DNA of 60,238 nt, the filler included. It is 9 parts of 9 records of this genome, joined end to end, with 100 filler letters (N's around TTAATTAATTAA, not from the genome) between each part and the next. Parts side by side here need not be neighbours in the genome. Positions count along the whole stretch, not along the records: positions 6,433 to 14,675 come from SRR31147125_55151; positions 14,776 to 20,768 come from SRR31147125_55163; 7 more parts are not named here. One strand, given 5' to 3'. Below are positions 9,216 through 19,124 of this stretch, piece by piece (the first letter of the stretch is position 1; every line of letters begins with the position of its first letter). Under the pieces are notes generated by a model, which worked only from the letters and a program-made list of their open reading frames with translations, was not told the DNA's origin and ran no database searches. Position numbers and translations under genes: made by a program.

Positions 9216-10682
9216 ATGAAAAGAACAATAACTTTAATAGTAACGACAATGGTGTTGCTGACTCTTACGGCGTGTCAAGCGACACCGGATGAGGAATTAG
9301 TAGTTAAAAAAGATACAGAGCGCATGGTTGAGCAAGCAGCAGACGATTCAATAGGGACGCAGGTTTCAAAGCTCAAAGTACCAAACGGCAATTATATATA
9401 CTCAACAAGCGCTGCAGACGGGAGGCTCACCATAAATGTGGACGCCCCGGTGTCCGTTCCCGAATCGGAAAAGATTCCAACGGCAAGAGTCTCTGAAACG
9501 GGTTTTACACAGGAACAGGTGACGGCCTTTTTCAACTATCTCTTTCCAGACGAGAAGCCGGTGACGGGGGCTAACGTACCGGGCGTGAGGACAAAGGATG
9601 AAATACAGGAATTGATATTGCGGTATAAGCAGTACATCGCTGAAGGAACGACGGAAAACTATATGTACACCGAAGAAGAAATGGAAGAGGAAATCAAAAA
9701 ACTGGAAAAGCAATATGAAACTGCGCCTGAAAAAGAGCCGGAGCTTGACATACAAGTCTCGGACGGTACAATGACAACCGAGATAACAGGGGGAGATAAA
9801 TATGCGGGAGAAAAGATATTGGTGCTTGATGCACAGACTGAAGATAAACATATCTATGTTTCCGTACCGGTTGATGATAACGCAAGCAATGAAAATTACT
9901 TTGGATTTCATTTAAGGAATACACCTGGTCAATATTCTGAAATGAATGCCGTCAGTATCGACGAAACCAACTGGCAGGCTGAAACCGAGGGCAAGCTGGC
10001 GATCACTTATGAAGACGCAAAGGCACTCTGCGACGGTTTTTTTGAGGCGGGCGGTGTTACGGATGTGGCTTTAAGTGACGCACTTATAATTGACGATGAA
10101 GTGACAGAAGAAGGCCGTGAGCACGGGCCGGAAAACTATGCCTATCAGTTTCACTACGTCAGAACCATTGGCGATTCTCCCGTGGCCAACATGTCTCACC
10201 TTATGAGTGATGGAGACGAGTATTCACTGCCGTGGGGATATGAATGGATAACGTTCCGGGTGAGTGATAACGGGATTGTAGATATGACATGGCATTTTCA
10301 TACAACCACCGGAGAAATCATCAACGACGATACGGGTGTGATAAACTTTGAGGATGCACGAGAGATTTTTGAAACGATGATCGTGACAAAATATGGCGCA
10401 TATGAACAATGGACGCCGGGCTTATCCAAGGTGAGTATTGACATCAACGACATTGCACTCTCGCTTGTGCGTGTTCGCGAACAAAACGCTTCCGGAAGAA
10501 ACGGAATCTACACGCCGGCATGGGTGTTTTACGGGAATATAAAACGCGAATATGAATATGAGGGTCAAGGTCATGTAATGTATGGGTGGGACTTCGGCAT
10601 CCAGTATCCCTTTACTAAATACCCTGTACTAATCGTCAATGCCGTTGACGGCAGCATCATCGACCCGCTAAAGGGTTATTAA
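9216..10682 (+). CDS. Lipoprotein, DUF6034-like
   Basis: Lipobox LTAC followed by QATPDEELVVKKD; C-terminal PAWVFYG...VNAVDGSIIDPLKGY typical of this clostridial family. Confidence 0.75.
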   Translation: MKRTITLIVTTMVLLTLTACQATPDEELVVKKDTERMVEQAADDSIGTQVSKLKVPNGNYIYSTSAADGRLTINVDAPVSVPESEKIPTARVSETGFTQEQVTAFFNYLFPDEKPVTGANVPGVRTKDEIQELILRYKQYIAEGTTENYMYTEEEMEEEIKKLEKQYETAPEKEPELDIQVSDGTMTTEITGGDKYAGEKILVLDAQTEDKHIYVSVPVDDNASNENYFGFHLRNTPGQYSEMNAVSIDETNWQAETEGKLAITYEDAKALCDGFFEAGGVTDVALSDALIIDDEVTEEGREHGPENYAYQFHYVRTIGDSPVANMSHLMSDGDEYSLPWGYEWITFRVSDNGIVDMTWHFHTTTGEIINDDTGVINFEDAREIFETMIVTKYGAYEQWTPGLSKVSIDINDIALSLVRVREQNASGRNGIYTPAWVFYGNIKREYEYEGQGHVMYGWDFGIQYPFTKYPVLIVNAVDGSIIDPLKGY

Positions 10683-10690
10683 GATATAAT

Positions 10691-10951
10691 TTACTCGAAA
10701 GCCGACACTATTATCGGATTTCTTTTATAGAAATTCTTCGTAGCAGAAGCAAAATGCGGATTTCCTGCGTCGACATGAAAGAAGGAGAGCCGACAAAGTG
10801 TCGGCTCTCCTTCAATATACTGAGGCTCCGGATCTTCTCGCCCCGCCTCGGTTTTCTTCCACTCTGCAAATTCCTTTTGTCCTTCTTCACTCTGAAAATA
10901 CGCCAATATGCCGGGATGTATGCAGCAGGCAAGTGACTCAACTCGATCCAT
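10691..10951 (-). pseudogene. Probable remnant of a small clostridial mobile-element protein
   Basis: ESLACCIHPGILAYFQSEEGQKEFAEWK resembles, from memory, small ICE/IME accessory proteins; the frame then reads through a 15-bp hairpin. Confidence 0.4.
10781..10813. repeat. Perfect 15-bp inverted repeat
   Basis: GAAGGAGAGCCGACA-AAG-TGTCGGCTCTCCTTC. Confidence 0.9.
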
Positions 10952-11052
10952 GGTTAGAAACCTCTAAGACCGGTTTCTTGTCAGGCATCAATACGGCTTC
11001 CGAAAGACTATGCTTTATTCTCTCGGGCATGCCAAAGCGTATTTACTTAAAG

Positions 11053-11235
11053 TTACATTTTCTTAATTAAAACTCCAAGGACCAACAGAACAAAAGCTAT
11101 TGTCAATAGTACTATGTTCGCTATCTGAGAAATTACAGGTATCCTAATGTTTAGAATAAACTCATTTATAATCGCAAAAGCTCCGATAATAAATGAAATC
11201 CAAAATACCGGCTTCGACGGTTTTGAAATACTCAT
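11053..11235 (-). CDS. Small two-TM membrane protein
   Basis: 60 aa, two hydrophobic helices, GGAGG RBS. Confidence 0.7.
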   Translation of the reverse strand: MSISKPSKPVFWISFIIGAFAIINEFILNIRIPVISQIANIVLLTIAFVLLVLGVLIKKM

Positions 11236-11346
11236 TATAATGCCTCCAAAATTTATTTTTTGTACAATTAATTATATAAAGGCTTCTTATTCTGCGTCAA
11301 GCTGATATTGTTTGCAAATACCTGTTAAAACACTTATTACTTTTAC

Positions 11347-11381
11347 AAAAAAACCGCCGGTCTTATTCCGACGGTCTTTTT
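11347..11381 (-). terminator. Intrinsic terminator after the DivIVA-like gene
   Basis: ACCGCCGG / CCGACGGT stem with flanking A7 and T runs. Confidence 0.6.
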
Positions 11382-11385
11382 ATTT

Positions 11386-11835
11386 TCAAGTCACTCTGTA
11401 AATGTTGGGATGAGGCTTTGGCGTTTCTTGAATTTTAGGCGAATCCTCTCCAAGAGCTTTTGATACAGCTTTGTGTATTGATTCGCTAACCTCACCAATC
11501 TTTTTAAGCCGTTCACAGCTTCCGCTCACGCTCATCTTCAGTTGTCTTTCCTCGTTCCTAAGGTTCAGCATGTCATGTGTCGCCTGCTGCTTTGCGCTTG
11601 CAACAATTGACTCCGCTGTTTCCTCTGCCCTTGTAATCGCTGCTATTATATAGCGCTCGTTGTCGAGGAATTTCCTTAATCTCTCCGACATCTCTTTGTT
11701 CTCATTGCGCAGTCTTGTAATGCGCTCCTTCTGCTCTTTTAAGCAGATCTCGTAATCGTTCCTCACTTTGATCAATAATTCATCAACGTCTGCGGCATTA
11801 TACTTTCCTGTAATGCTCTTTTTTAAATTGTACAT
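11386..11835 (-). CDS. DivIVA-domain coiled-coil protein
   Basis: N-terminal KKSITGKYNAADVDELL (DivIVA motif), coiled coil, AGGAGG RBS. Confidence 0.7.
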   Translation of the reverse strand: MYNLKKSITGKYNAADVDELLIKVRNDYEICLKEQKERITRLRNENKEMSERLRKFLDNERYIIAAITRAEETAESIVASAKQQATHDMLNLRNEERQLKMSVSGSCERLKKIGEVSESIHKAVSKALGEDSPKIQETPKPHPNIYRVT

Positions 11836-11996
11836 AAGACCACCCTCCTTAGTCTAAATAGTACACTAGAATAGATTAAGGAAAATGTCGTACCGTGCTA
11901 ATTACAAAGTCTAATTTTATCGGATACCCGGGAAAGCGCCCTAGTAAAAAAGCACCCTGTACGCACAGAATGCTTTACTTATATCTTTATAATGCT

Positions 11997-13301
11997 TTAT
12001 TCATTATCCTTTTTTTCAGATTCTTCTGCTGCCTCTTTTGCAGCCATAGCAGCTTTTGCAGCTTTGATTTCCGCTTTCTTAGCCTTTGAGTTCTTCTCTA
12101 TTGCTTCCTCGTCGGCTTCCTTTGCTTTAAGATCTTTTCTCTTAGCTTTCATTTCCGCCTTTTTTACTTTTTCGTTCTCTTTTTCAACCTTTTCTTTAAC
12201 GGCTTCAGTTTTTTCCTTCAGCATCTCTGCTTTTTCAGCTGCTTTCTCTGCCGCTTTTTTCTCTTTATCGCTTGAAGTCTCATCCACCTGTGCTTTTATC
12301 TCAGAAATCTTTATCTCTGTTTCAAACTTTTCGAGCTTTTTCTTTGCTCTGTCAGCTTTCTCCTTGGCCTTTTTAACTTTTTCCTCAGCCGCATCGCTCT
12401 TATCTGCCAGAGCCTGCGCTTTTTCTTTAGCTCTATCCGCCTTTTCCTGAGCTCTGATCTGCTTAGCGTTTGCTTTAAGTTCCCTTACTTCTTCCGGTGA
12501 TAACGAAGCGTCGTAAACTCCTTTGTAATCAGGCGTCTGCTTTACTCTCGACATTATTATCAGATACAGAACAGATGCTATTACAAGCACAGCGCTTAGC
12601 ACCTGCGATACCCTGAACGGTCCCCAATAAAGGCTGTCTGTCCTAAGTCCTTCTATAAAGAATCTACCTATGCCATATCCTATAAGGTATAGCGCAAAAA
12701 CTCCGCCTCTTACCTTTATTCTCTTTCTGAAAATCATTAAAACAATAAATACTAATACATTCCAAGCCGACTCGTAAAAGAAAGTTGCCTGATAGAATGT
12801 ATCGTTTATCTTAACTGCTGCGGGGAACCACTGCCAATTAGGGTTTGTGATAATCTCACCGTGCGCTTCCTGATTAACGAAGTTGCCCCATCTGCCGATT
12901 GCCTGAGCAATAACAAGACTGGGTGCGGCGACGTCCATCATCGTACCGACTCTTACACGAGTCCACAGGAAGAAGAGAAACGCTGCAATTACGCCGCCGA
13001 TAACAGCTCCGTATATCGCAAGTCCACCGTTCCATATCGCTATCATGCTTAAAAAATCGCCAGCGTAGGATTCCCACTCGAACACAACATAATAGAGTCT
13101 TGCACAGATTATACAGATAGGTATCGCTAACAGCATGAAATCCAGCACCATTTCTGATCTATAACCACGCCGCTTTGCTTCAAGCACGCCTAAGATTACG
13201 CCAACAAGCAATGCACAGGCAATTATAACTCCGTACCAATGTATATCGATTCCGGTGCCAAATATATTTTCAACCGCTACTCTTGGATCCTTGTCTAACA
13301 T
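11997..13301 (-). CDS. lgt: Prolipoprotein diacylglyceryl transferase with long Lys/Glu/Ala-rich C-terminal tail
   Basis: IHWYG, ARLYYV, GGLAIYG, QAIGRWGNFVNQEAHG, FFYES, RFFIEGLRTDS motifs. Confidence 0.95.
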   Translation of the reverse strand: MLDKDPRVAVENIFGTGIDIHWYGVIIACALLVGVILGVLEAKRRGYRSEMVLDFMLLAIPICIICARLYYVVFEWESYAGDFLSMIAIWNGGLAIYGAVIGGVIAAFLFFLWTRVRVGTMMDVAAPSLVIAQAIGRWGNFVNQEAHGEIITNPNWQWFPAAVKINDTFYQATFFYESAWNVLVFIVLMIFRKRIKVRGGVFALYLIGYGIGRFFIEGLRTDSLYWGPFRVSQVLSAVLVIASVLYLIIMSRVKQTPDYKGVYDASLSPEEVRELKANAKQIRAQEKADRAKEKAQALADKSDAAEEKVKKAKEKADRAKKKLEKFETEIKISEIKAQVDETSSDKEKKAAEKAAEKAEMLKEKTEAVKEKVEKENEKVKKAEMKAKRKDLKAKEADEEAIEKNSKAKKAEIKAAKAAMAAKEAAEESEKKDNE

Positions 13302-13441
13302 TGCAAACCTCCAAAAATTGTATTCGGTTTATTATATTCTTTTATTAAACTGCGGTCAAGCAAATACCTTTGTTTCTTAACATAAAGCAGCGCCCGGGAA
13401 AACCCGAGCGCCGCACACACTAATCGTTTGTTATTCTGTTA

Positions 13442-14675
13442 TTACTTTTCTTCTTTTGTCATATCAGCAGCCTTTTTAGCACTCCTGATCTTCCATTGTA
13501 CCTTGGCATCAGCAGAGACTATTGTTTCGAGTACATTCTCTACTCTGCCCTTCTCGAACTTGAGCGGCGGTATTGCCGTATCGCCTTCTTCCGGGCTGAT
13601 CAGTCTGCTGCTTATGATGCTGCCCTCAAGCGCTGTAAGTGTTGAGTCGTCCTCTTCGTCGAACTCTACCTTCCTGCCCTTGCGGTTCTCATAACCCCAC
13701 AGTACCGTGAATGTGCCGTCCGGGTTCTTTGTTACCTTTTCGACAATCGGTATTATCCTTAGCCAGAATGCCAACAGCAGGATTATCAGTCCGATACCCG
13801 GTATTAGCAGCAGCCACCACAGCCAGCTGCTTGGGCCAGCCTGCGGTATCGGCTCTTCGTCTACATTCTCTGTGTACTGAGCTATGTATGTCACATCGCC
13901 TGTTACAGGCTCTACTACTGGTGACCATTCAAAGAATGTATATGATGTCTCATCCTCGTTTGGTCTCTCCGGAGCGTCACCGTCGTATGTCGGCGTCTCA
14001 CCGTATACTATCGAATCCTCTTCAAGCAGCGTTCCATCCCAGTTTTCCCATCTTACGACATATGCTCTGCCGGAAGTTGAGTATTCTGCTGTGTATGTTA
14101 CGTCGCCTGTTACCGGATTCACAGTTGGTGACCATCCGTCAAACGTAAAGTCACTCTCTTCTGAAGACTCTCTAGTCGGCTCATCTCCGTCGAAGCTTGG
14201 CGTATCACCGTAAGGTACGTCTTCATCAACCTCCAGCTCGGTTCCGTCCCAGTTAGCCCACGTTACCGTGAAGAGCTGTTGAGTGTACTCTGCCTGAACT
14301 GTGAGGTCTGATGTTACGTTAGTGTAATCAGTGTCCCATCCGGTGAAGTCATATCCTTCACGTTCCGGGTCATCTGGAGCATCAGCGTCTCCGCCAAAGC
14401 CCACTACATCAGTTCCCAGCACAGTACCATCAAAGTCTATGAACGTTACTGTAAACGTGTTGATTGACCAATCTGCCTCAAATGTTCTGTTGCCTGTTGA
14501 ACCAGCAGGTATCACGCCTTCCGGAGTCCAGCCTGTGAATCCGAAGTTTGCTCTTGCCGGATTTACGAGTACTATTTCGTCATCTTCAACAGTGTATGTA
14601 TCGGGGTTAGCCGGGTTATTAGTACCACCGTTCATTATGTACGTTATCGTGTACTCTATCGGGTCTGACCACGTT
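13442..14675 (-). CDS. Surface protein with InlB B-repeat-like (Flg_new) domains, TM anchor and post-TM domain; 5' partial
   Basis: Repeats of FTVT(F/W)xxxDGT..P..P.REGY.FTGW....VT.D.T..A.Y; EEPIPQAG then WLWWLLLIPGIGLIILLLAFW; frame open to the contig end. Confidence 0.8.
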
Positions 14676-14775
14676 NNNNNNNNNNNNNNNNNNNNNNNNN
14701 NNNNNNNNNNNNNNNNNNNTTAATTAATTAANNNNNNNNNNNNNNNNNNNNNNNNNNNNNNNNNNNNNNNNNNNN
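14676..14775. other. Artificial contig spacer
   Basis: N44-TTAATTAATTAA-N44. Confidence 0.99.
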
Positions 14776-15057
14776 GCCTCGGACCCCGAACTGCTCATCG
14801 TGAACCAACCGACTCGGGGCTTGGACGTGGGATCCATTGAGTTCGTCCATGAATCCCTGTTGAAAAAGAAAGAGGAAGGAGTGGCCATTCTCCTTCTATC
14901 GGTCGAACTGGATGAAATCATATCGCTGAGCGATCGCATCGGGGTTCTGTACCGCGGAGAGATTGTCGGGGAAATCAACGGCGAAGAAGCCGACGAAGAA
15001 AATATCGGCCTGCTGATGGCCGGTGGCGGCCGTTCGGAGCTTGGGGACATGCCATGA
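14776..15057 (+). CDS. Nucleoside/sugar (CUT2) ABC transporter ATP-binding protein, 3' part
   Basis: NQPTRGLDVGS, LLLSVELDEIISLSDRIGV, IGLLMAG. Confidence 0.92.
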   Translation, partial: ASDPELLIVNQPTRGLDVGSIEFVHESLLKKKEEGVAILLLSVELDEIISLSDRIGVLYRGEIVGEINGEEADEENIGLLMAGGGRSELGDMP

Positions 15058-16142
15058 CACGGAAGACCCTGGTTACGATTCTAGTTCCGATTACAGCTAT
15101 CCTGCTGGGCCTCGTGGTATCATCACTGCTGATCGCGCTTACAGGGGTTTCCCCGCTAAAGACCTTTTCCGTTCTCGTCTCCAGTGGATTCGGCGTCCAG
15201 GGAAGGGTCTGGCCCCTGGTAATGACCCTCTCCCGTGCCACACCCCTTATCCTGACCGGCCTGGCGGCAATGCTCGCCTTCCGGGTCGGCGTGTTCTGTA
15301 TAGCCCAGGAAGGCCAATTCATCATGGGAGCCGTGGCTGCCGCCTGGCTGGGATCGTCCGTTCACATGCCGCCGGTTATCCACCCTGCTGCGGTTATACT
15401 CGCAGCCTGCCTTGTCGGCGGAATATACGGACTGATTCCGGCTTTCCTCAAAGTGAAACTCGGGGTGAACGAGATTATTTCCTCCATTGTGCTCAATAGC
15501 ATCGCGGCGTTGTTCCTGGAATACATGGTCGCCTTTCCCCTGAGGGCAGATGCCGGGGCAAAGGCTCAGTCACCCATTGTCGAGAAAACCTTGTGGATCC
15601 CACAATTTGTTCCGGGTTCCAACTGGGGTTGGGCTTTTGTCGCCGCTGTTATTATCGCCATTCTTCTCTACTTCTATATCTGGCGAACCGGCTCGGGATA
15701 TGAGCTGCGAATGGTCGGGCAGGCCAGCAATTTCGCCCGATACGGCGGCATCAACTCCGATACCGTCATCCTGAAGACCCTTTTCTTCAGTGGCGCTGTT
15801 GCCGGGCTTGCCGGCTGCTTCGAAGTAATGGGCGTCCACCACCGCATCATGACCGGATTCTCCTCCGGTCTGGGATTCGACGGATTGAGCGTCGCCCTCC
15901 TCGGGCAGTCCCACCCCCTTGGCATTGTTGTCGTTGCGTTCCTGCTCGCCGGTATCCGGATCGGCGCCCAGTTAGGCCTGCAGATCCGCTTGAGCGTGCC
16001 CAGGGAACTCGGAGGGACGATCATCTCGCTGATAATCCTATTCCTCGCTGTGGAGCATGCATACCGGGGCACTCTGGAAAGGGCTGTTCATCGCCTTCTG
16101 GATCGATTCGCTTCAATGCCCGCCAAAAAGACCGGGGAGTGA
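15054..16142 (+). CDS. Nucleoside ABC transporter permease 1 (NupB/YufP-like)
   Basis: TPLILTGLA, EGQFIMG, VNEIISSIVLN, GFDGLSVALLG; multiple TM helices. Confidence 0.9.
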   Translation: MTRKTLVTILVPITAILLGLVVSSLLIALTGVSPLKTFSVLVSSGFGVQGRVWPLVMTLSRATPLILTGLAAMLAFRVGVFCIAQEGQFIMGAVAAAWLGSSVHMPPVIHPAAVILAACLVGGIYGLIPAFLKVKLGVNEIISSIVLNSIAALFLEYMVAFPLRADAGAKAQSPIVEKTLWIPQFVPGSNWGWAFVAAVIIAILLYFYIWRTGSGYELRMVGQASNFARYGGINSDTVILKTLFFSGAVAGLAGCFEVMGVHHRIMTGFSSGLGFDGLSVALLGQSHPLGIVVVAFLLAGIRIGAQLGLQIRLSVPRELGGTIISLIILFLAVEHAYRGTLERAVHRLLDRFASMPAKKTGE

Positions 16143-17115
16143 CAGAGGCCGATATGGAATCATTCATAGAGTTCTTTTCCACGACACTTATCAACAGCGG
16201 CGTACGGATGTCCACTCCAGTCATTCTCGCGGCATTGGCCGCAGCGCTGTGTAACCGGGCAGGGGTACTCAACCTGGCCATCGAAGGGCAGATGCTCATC
16301 GGTGCCTTCGTTGCCATACTGGTCACCTATGTCATGCGAAGCTTTACCGGTTTTGGAGAGATGCATCCCCTGGCCTGTACGTACATCGGCATCCTGGCCG
16401 CCATGGCCGTAGGAGCACTGACGGGATTGGGCTTTGCCTGGCTCCATTCCCGCTTCGCCGTCGACCTGGTGATCCTGGCAATCGCTATCAATATGCTGAG
16501 TTCGGAGTTGACGGTCTACCTGATGAGGGTTCTTTTCGGCAGAGCCGGGACCTGGGCTCCTGAAAACGTCGTGAGAATACCGAACTTGGAGATTCCGTTG
16601 ATTCAGAAGATTCCTCTTATCGGGGAGATTCTCAGCGGCTACAACATCATCGTTTACGCTTCATGGATCGCCGTCGTCGCCCTGGGGGTGCTGATGTTCC
16701 GGACCCGACTGGGGCGGCATATCAGAGCAGTGGGAGAAAGCCCTGAAGCCGCCGCCGCCGTCGGGATTCACGTTCCGCGGATTCAGTCCCTTGCCCTGGC
16801 GGTGGGGGAGCCCTGGCCGGACTGGGCGGAGCCTTCCTCTCGGTCGGCCACCTGACGCTGTTCACCCGGGGGATGAGCGGGGACCGGGGCTGGACCGGGA
16901 ATGCCGCGGCTCTATTCGGTTTCAACAACCCCGGGGCAAGTTTCCTCGCCGGGCTATTCTTCGGATTTGCTGATGCCGTTGCCCTGAGGCTTCAGAGCGT
17001 GACGAAGATGCCTTCAACCCTCATTCAGATCATGCCGAACATCGCGACACTGGTCATCCTTTCACTGGTCTCTTATCGTGCCCTGAAAAAGAAATCGGCT
17101 AACATTCATTTCTAA
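16139..17115 (+). CDS. Nucleoside ABC transporter permease 2 (NupC/YufQ-like), frameshifted at G5 run 16804-16808
   Basis: RAGVLNLAIEGQM, RAVGESPEAA. One extra G restores AVGGALAGLGGAFLS..RGW and joins ORF 16873-17115. Confidence 0.85.
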
Positions 17116-17124
17116 GGAGTCCTC

Positions 17125-18453
17125 ATGGAAAAGAGTATTTACTACGCCGACACCGTAATCACCATGGACGACGAGTACACAGTCCATAGCCCCGGATACC
17201 TGAGGATCGACGGCGGCATCATTACCCAGGTCGGGAAGGGCCGTCCGAACGCCATGCCCGGGGAAGGCGTTACAGATCTCGGCCGCAAGCTTGTGATGCC
17301 CGGACTTATCAACGCCCATACCCACAGTCCGATGATACTCTTCCGCGGTATGGCCGAAGGGGTCTCGCTATTCACCATGGATGGATTCCTCAATACCCTG
17401 CGCCGTTTCGAGGCGGAAATAGATATGACCATGATCTCCCATTCGGTGGCTTGCAGCTGCGCCGAGATGATCCGAACCGGCACGACCTGTTTTGCGGACC
17501 AGTACTTCTATTCCGATGTCATTTACGACGAAGTGAAAGCCTCAGGTTTGCGAGCGGTCATCGCCTACGGAATTGTCGAGCTGGGTGACAAGATCAGGAG
17601 GGAACAGGAGCTCCAAGCCGCCGAATCCTTCCTGGAGAAATGCGCTGAGGATTCATCGAACCGTATCATCGGCTGGATCGGTCCCCATGCCTTCTTCGTG
17701 GACAACAGCGAGGAACTCATAAACAGGGAGATCGCCATGGCGAAGAAACATGGTGTCGGATTCCATATCCATTTCGCGACCAGCGATGAAGAGAATGACT
17801 ACTGCCGAGAGCATTTCGGTTGCAGTGCCGTGGAAAGGATGAAGAGCATCGGCGTCCTGGACGTCCCCACCCTAGCGGCCCATTCCATTACAGTGTCCGA
17901 CAGCGACTTCGCCATTCTCAAAGACCATCCTTTCTATCCGGTGATGGCACCCTCGTCGGCCATGCGCAGCGGCTTCCCGGCTGCCCCGGTTGCATCGATG
18001 CTGAAATCCGGTATACCCGTGGCCCTGGGTAGCGACAATGTGTGTAATTCCAACAGCTACGATATGTTCACCGAAATGAATGTCGGCGGGAAGCTGATTA
18101 TTCACCGGGAGCAGGACTCAGCGGCAATCTCGGCACGAGACATCGTGACCATGGCCACCCGGCATGGGGCGAAGGTTCTCGGGCTGGACTCAACGATCGG
18201 CTCCCTGGAACCGCGGAAAAGCGCCGACTTCATCACCTTGGATCTGGATGCCTACGGCTGGGAACCATTGGAAGGCCAGGATTACTACACACAGATTGTC
18301 TATTCCATCCATGGTACGGATGTGCAAGATGTCATGGTCGGGGGAACCTGGCTGATGCAGGAGGGCAAGCTGAATTCGGTGGATTATCCGAAGAGGGCAG
18401 CCGGTATGGCCAAGGACCGCAAGCTCCTGCTGGAACGGCTGGCCTCTTGCTGA
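17125..18453 (+). CDS. Amidohydrolase, MtaD/5'-deoxyadenosine deaminase-like
   Basis: PGLINAHTH, GTTCFADQY, GPHA, ALGSDN, GSLEPRKSADF. Confidence 0.85.
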   Translation: MEKSIYYADTVITMDDEYTVHSPGYLRIDGGIITQVGKGRPNAMPGEGVTDLGRKLVMPGLINAHTHSPMILFRGMAEGVSLFTMDGFLNTLRRFEAEIDMTMISHSVACSCAEMIRTGTTCFADQYFYSDVIYDEVKASGLRAVIAYGIVELGDKIRREQELQAAESFLEKCAEDSSNRIIGWIGPHAFFVDNSEELINREIAMAKKHGVGFHIHFATSDEENDYCREHFGCSAVERMKSIGVLDVPTLAAHSITVSDSDFAILKDHPFYPVMAPSSAMRSGFPAAPVASMLKSGIPVALGSDNVCNSNSYDMFTEMNVGGKLIIHREQDSAAISARDIVTMATRHGAKVLGLDSTIGSLEPRKSADFITLDLDAYGWEPLEGQDYYTQIVYSIHGTDVQDVMVGGTWLMQEGKLNSVDYPKRAAGMAKDRKLLLERLASC

Positions 18454-18459
18454 TTCCAG

Positions 18460-19122
18460 ATGGAATTGATGCCGGAAACCACTGTTTCGGGAACGCCGCG
18501 CCCCATGGTTATCTTCGACCTGGACGGAACTCTCTGGGACTGCACCGACCTTTCCCTGGAGGCCTGGAACCGGGTGCTACAGGATGCCGGTGAAAAACTG
18601 AGGATAAGCCGTGAGAACCTGCAGCGGAATTTCGGCAAACCTTCGCCTGATTTTGAAACAGCGCTCCTGCCGGGTATGGCCCAACGGCGGCGGGATCGTC
18701 TGGCCGACCGGGTATTCGCCCTGGAACTGGAACTTATTCCCGAAGGATTCGGGACGCTCTATCCGGAGGTGGAGGAAACGCTGGCTGTGCTGAATAGGCG
18801 ATATGATCTGGCCATTGCCAGCAATTGCCAGGAGGGATACATCGAAGCATTCCTGGATCGCTTCTTTCTTTCCCCGCTGTTTCGAGACTGGGAATCCTCC
18901 GGTCGGACGGGAAGAACAAAAGGCAAGAATGTATCATCCATCCTGGAACGGACAGAGTCCTCGGGGAGCCATTTGGTCGGAGACACTGAATCGGATATGA
19001 AGGCGGCCCGTGTAAACGATCTTTCCTTCATCCACGCAGCCTATGGATACGGACGTTCTCTATCCAATGGAGTATCGATCCGGAGTTTCCCCGAACTGAT
19101 TGATATATTGCACGGAGAGTAA
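18460..19122 (+). CDS. HAD-superfamily hydrolase
   Basis: IFDLDGTLWD, IASNC, K, VGDTESD, AAYGYG. Confidence 0.9.
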   Translation: MELMPETTVSGTPRPMVIFDLDGTLWDCTDLSLEAWNRVLQDAGEKLRISRENLQRNFGKPSPDFETALLPGMAQRRRDRLADRVFALELELIPEGFGTLYPEVEETLAVLNRRYDLAIASNCQEGYIEAFLDRFFLSPLFRDWESSGRTGRTKGKNVSSILERTESSGSHLVGDTESDMKAARVNDLSFIHAAYGYGRSLSNGVSIRSFPELIDILHGE

Positions 19123-19124
19123 CT

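Noticed and set aside
16804..16808. Programmed frameshifting or phase variation in the ABC permease (also 26654, 34724, 51091)
   Set aside because: Runs are short, the genes are ordinary, and the same defect recurs across unrelated genomes.
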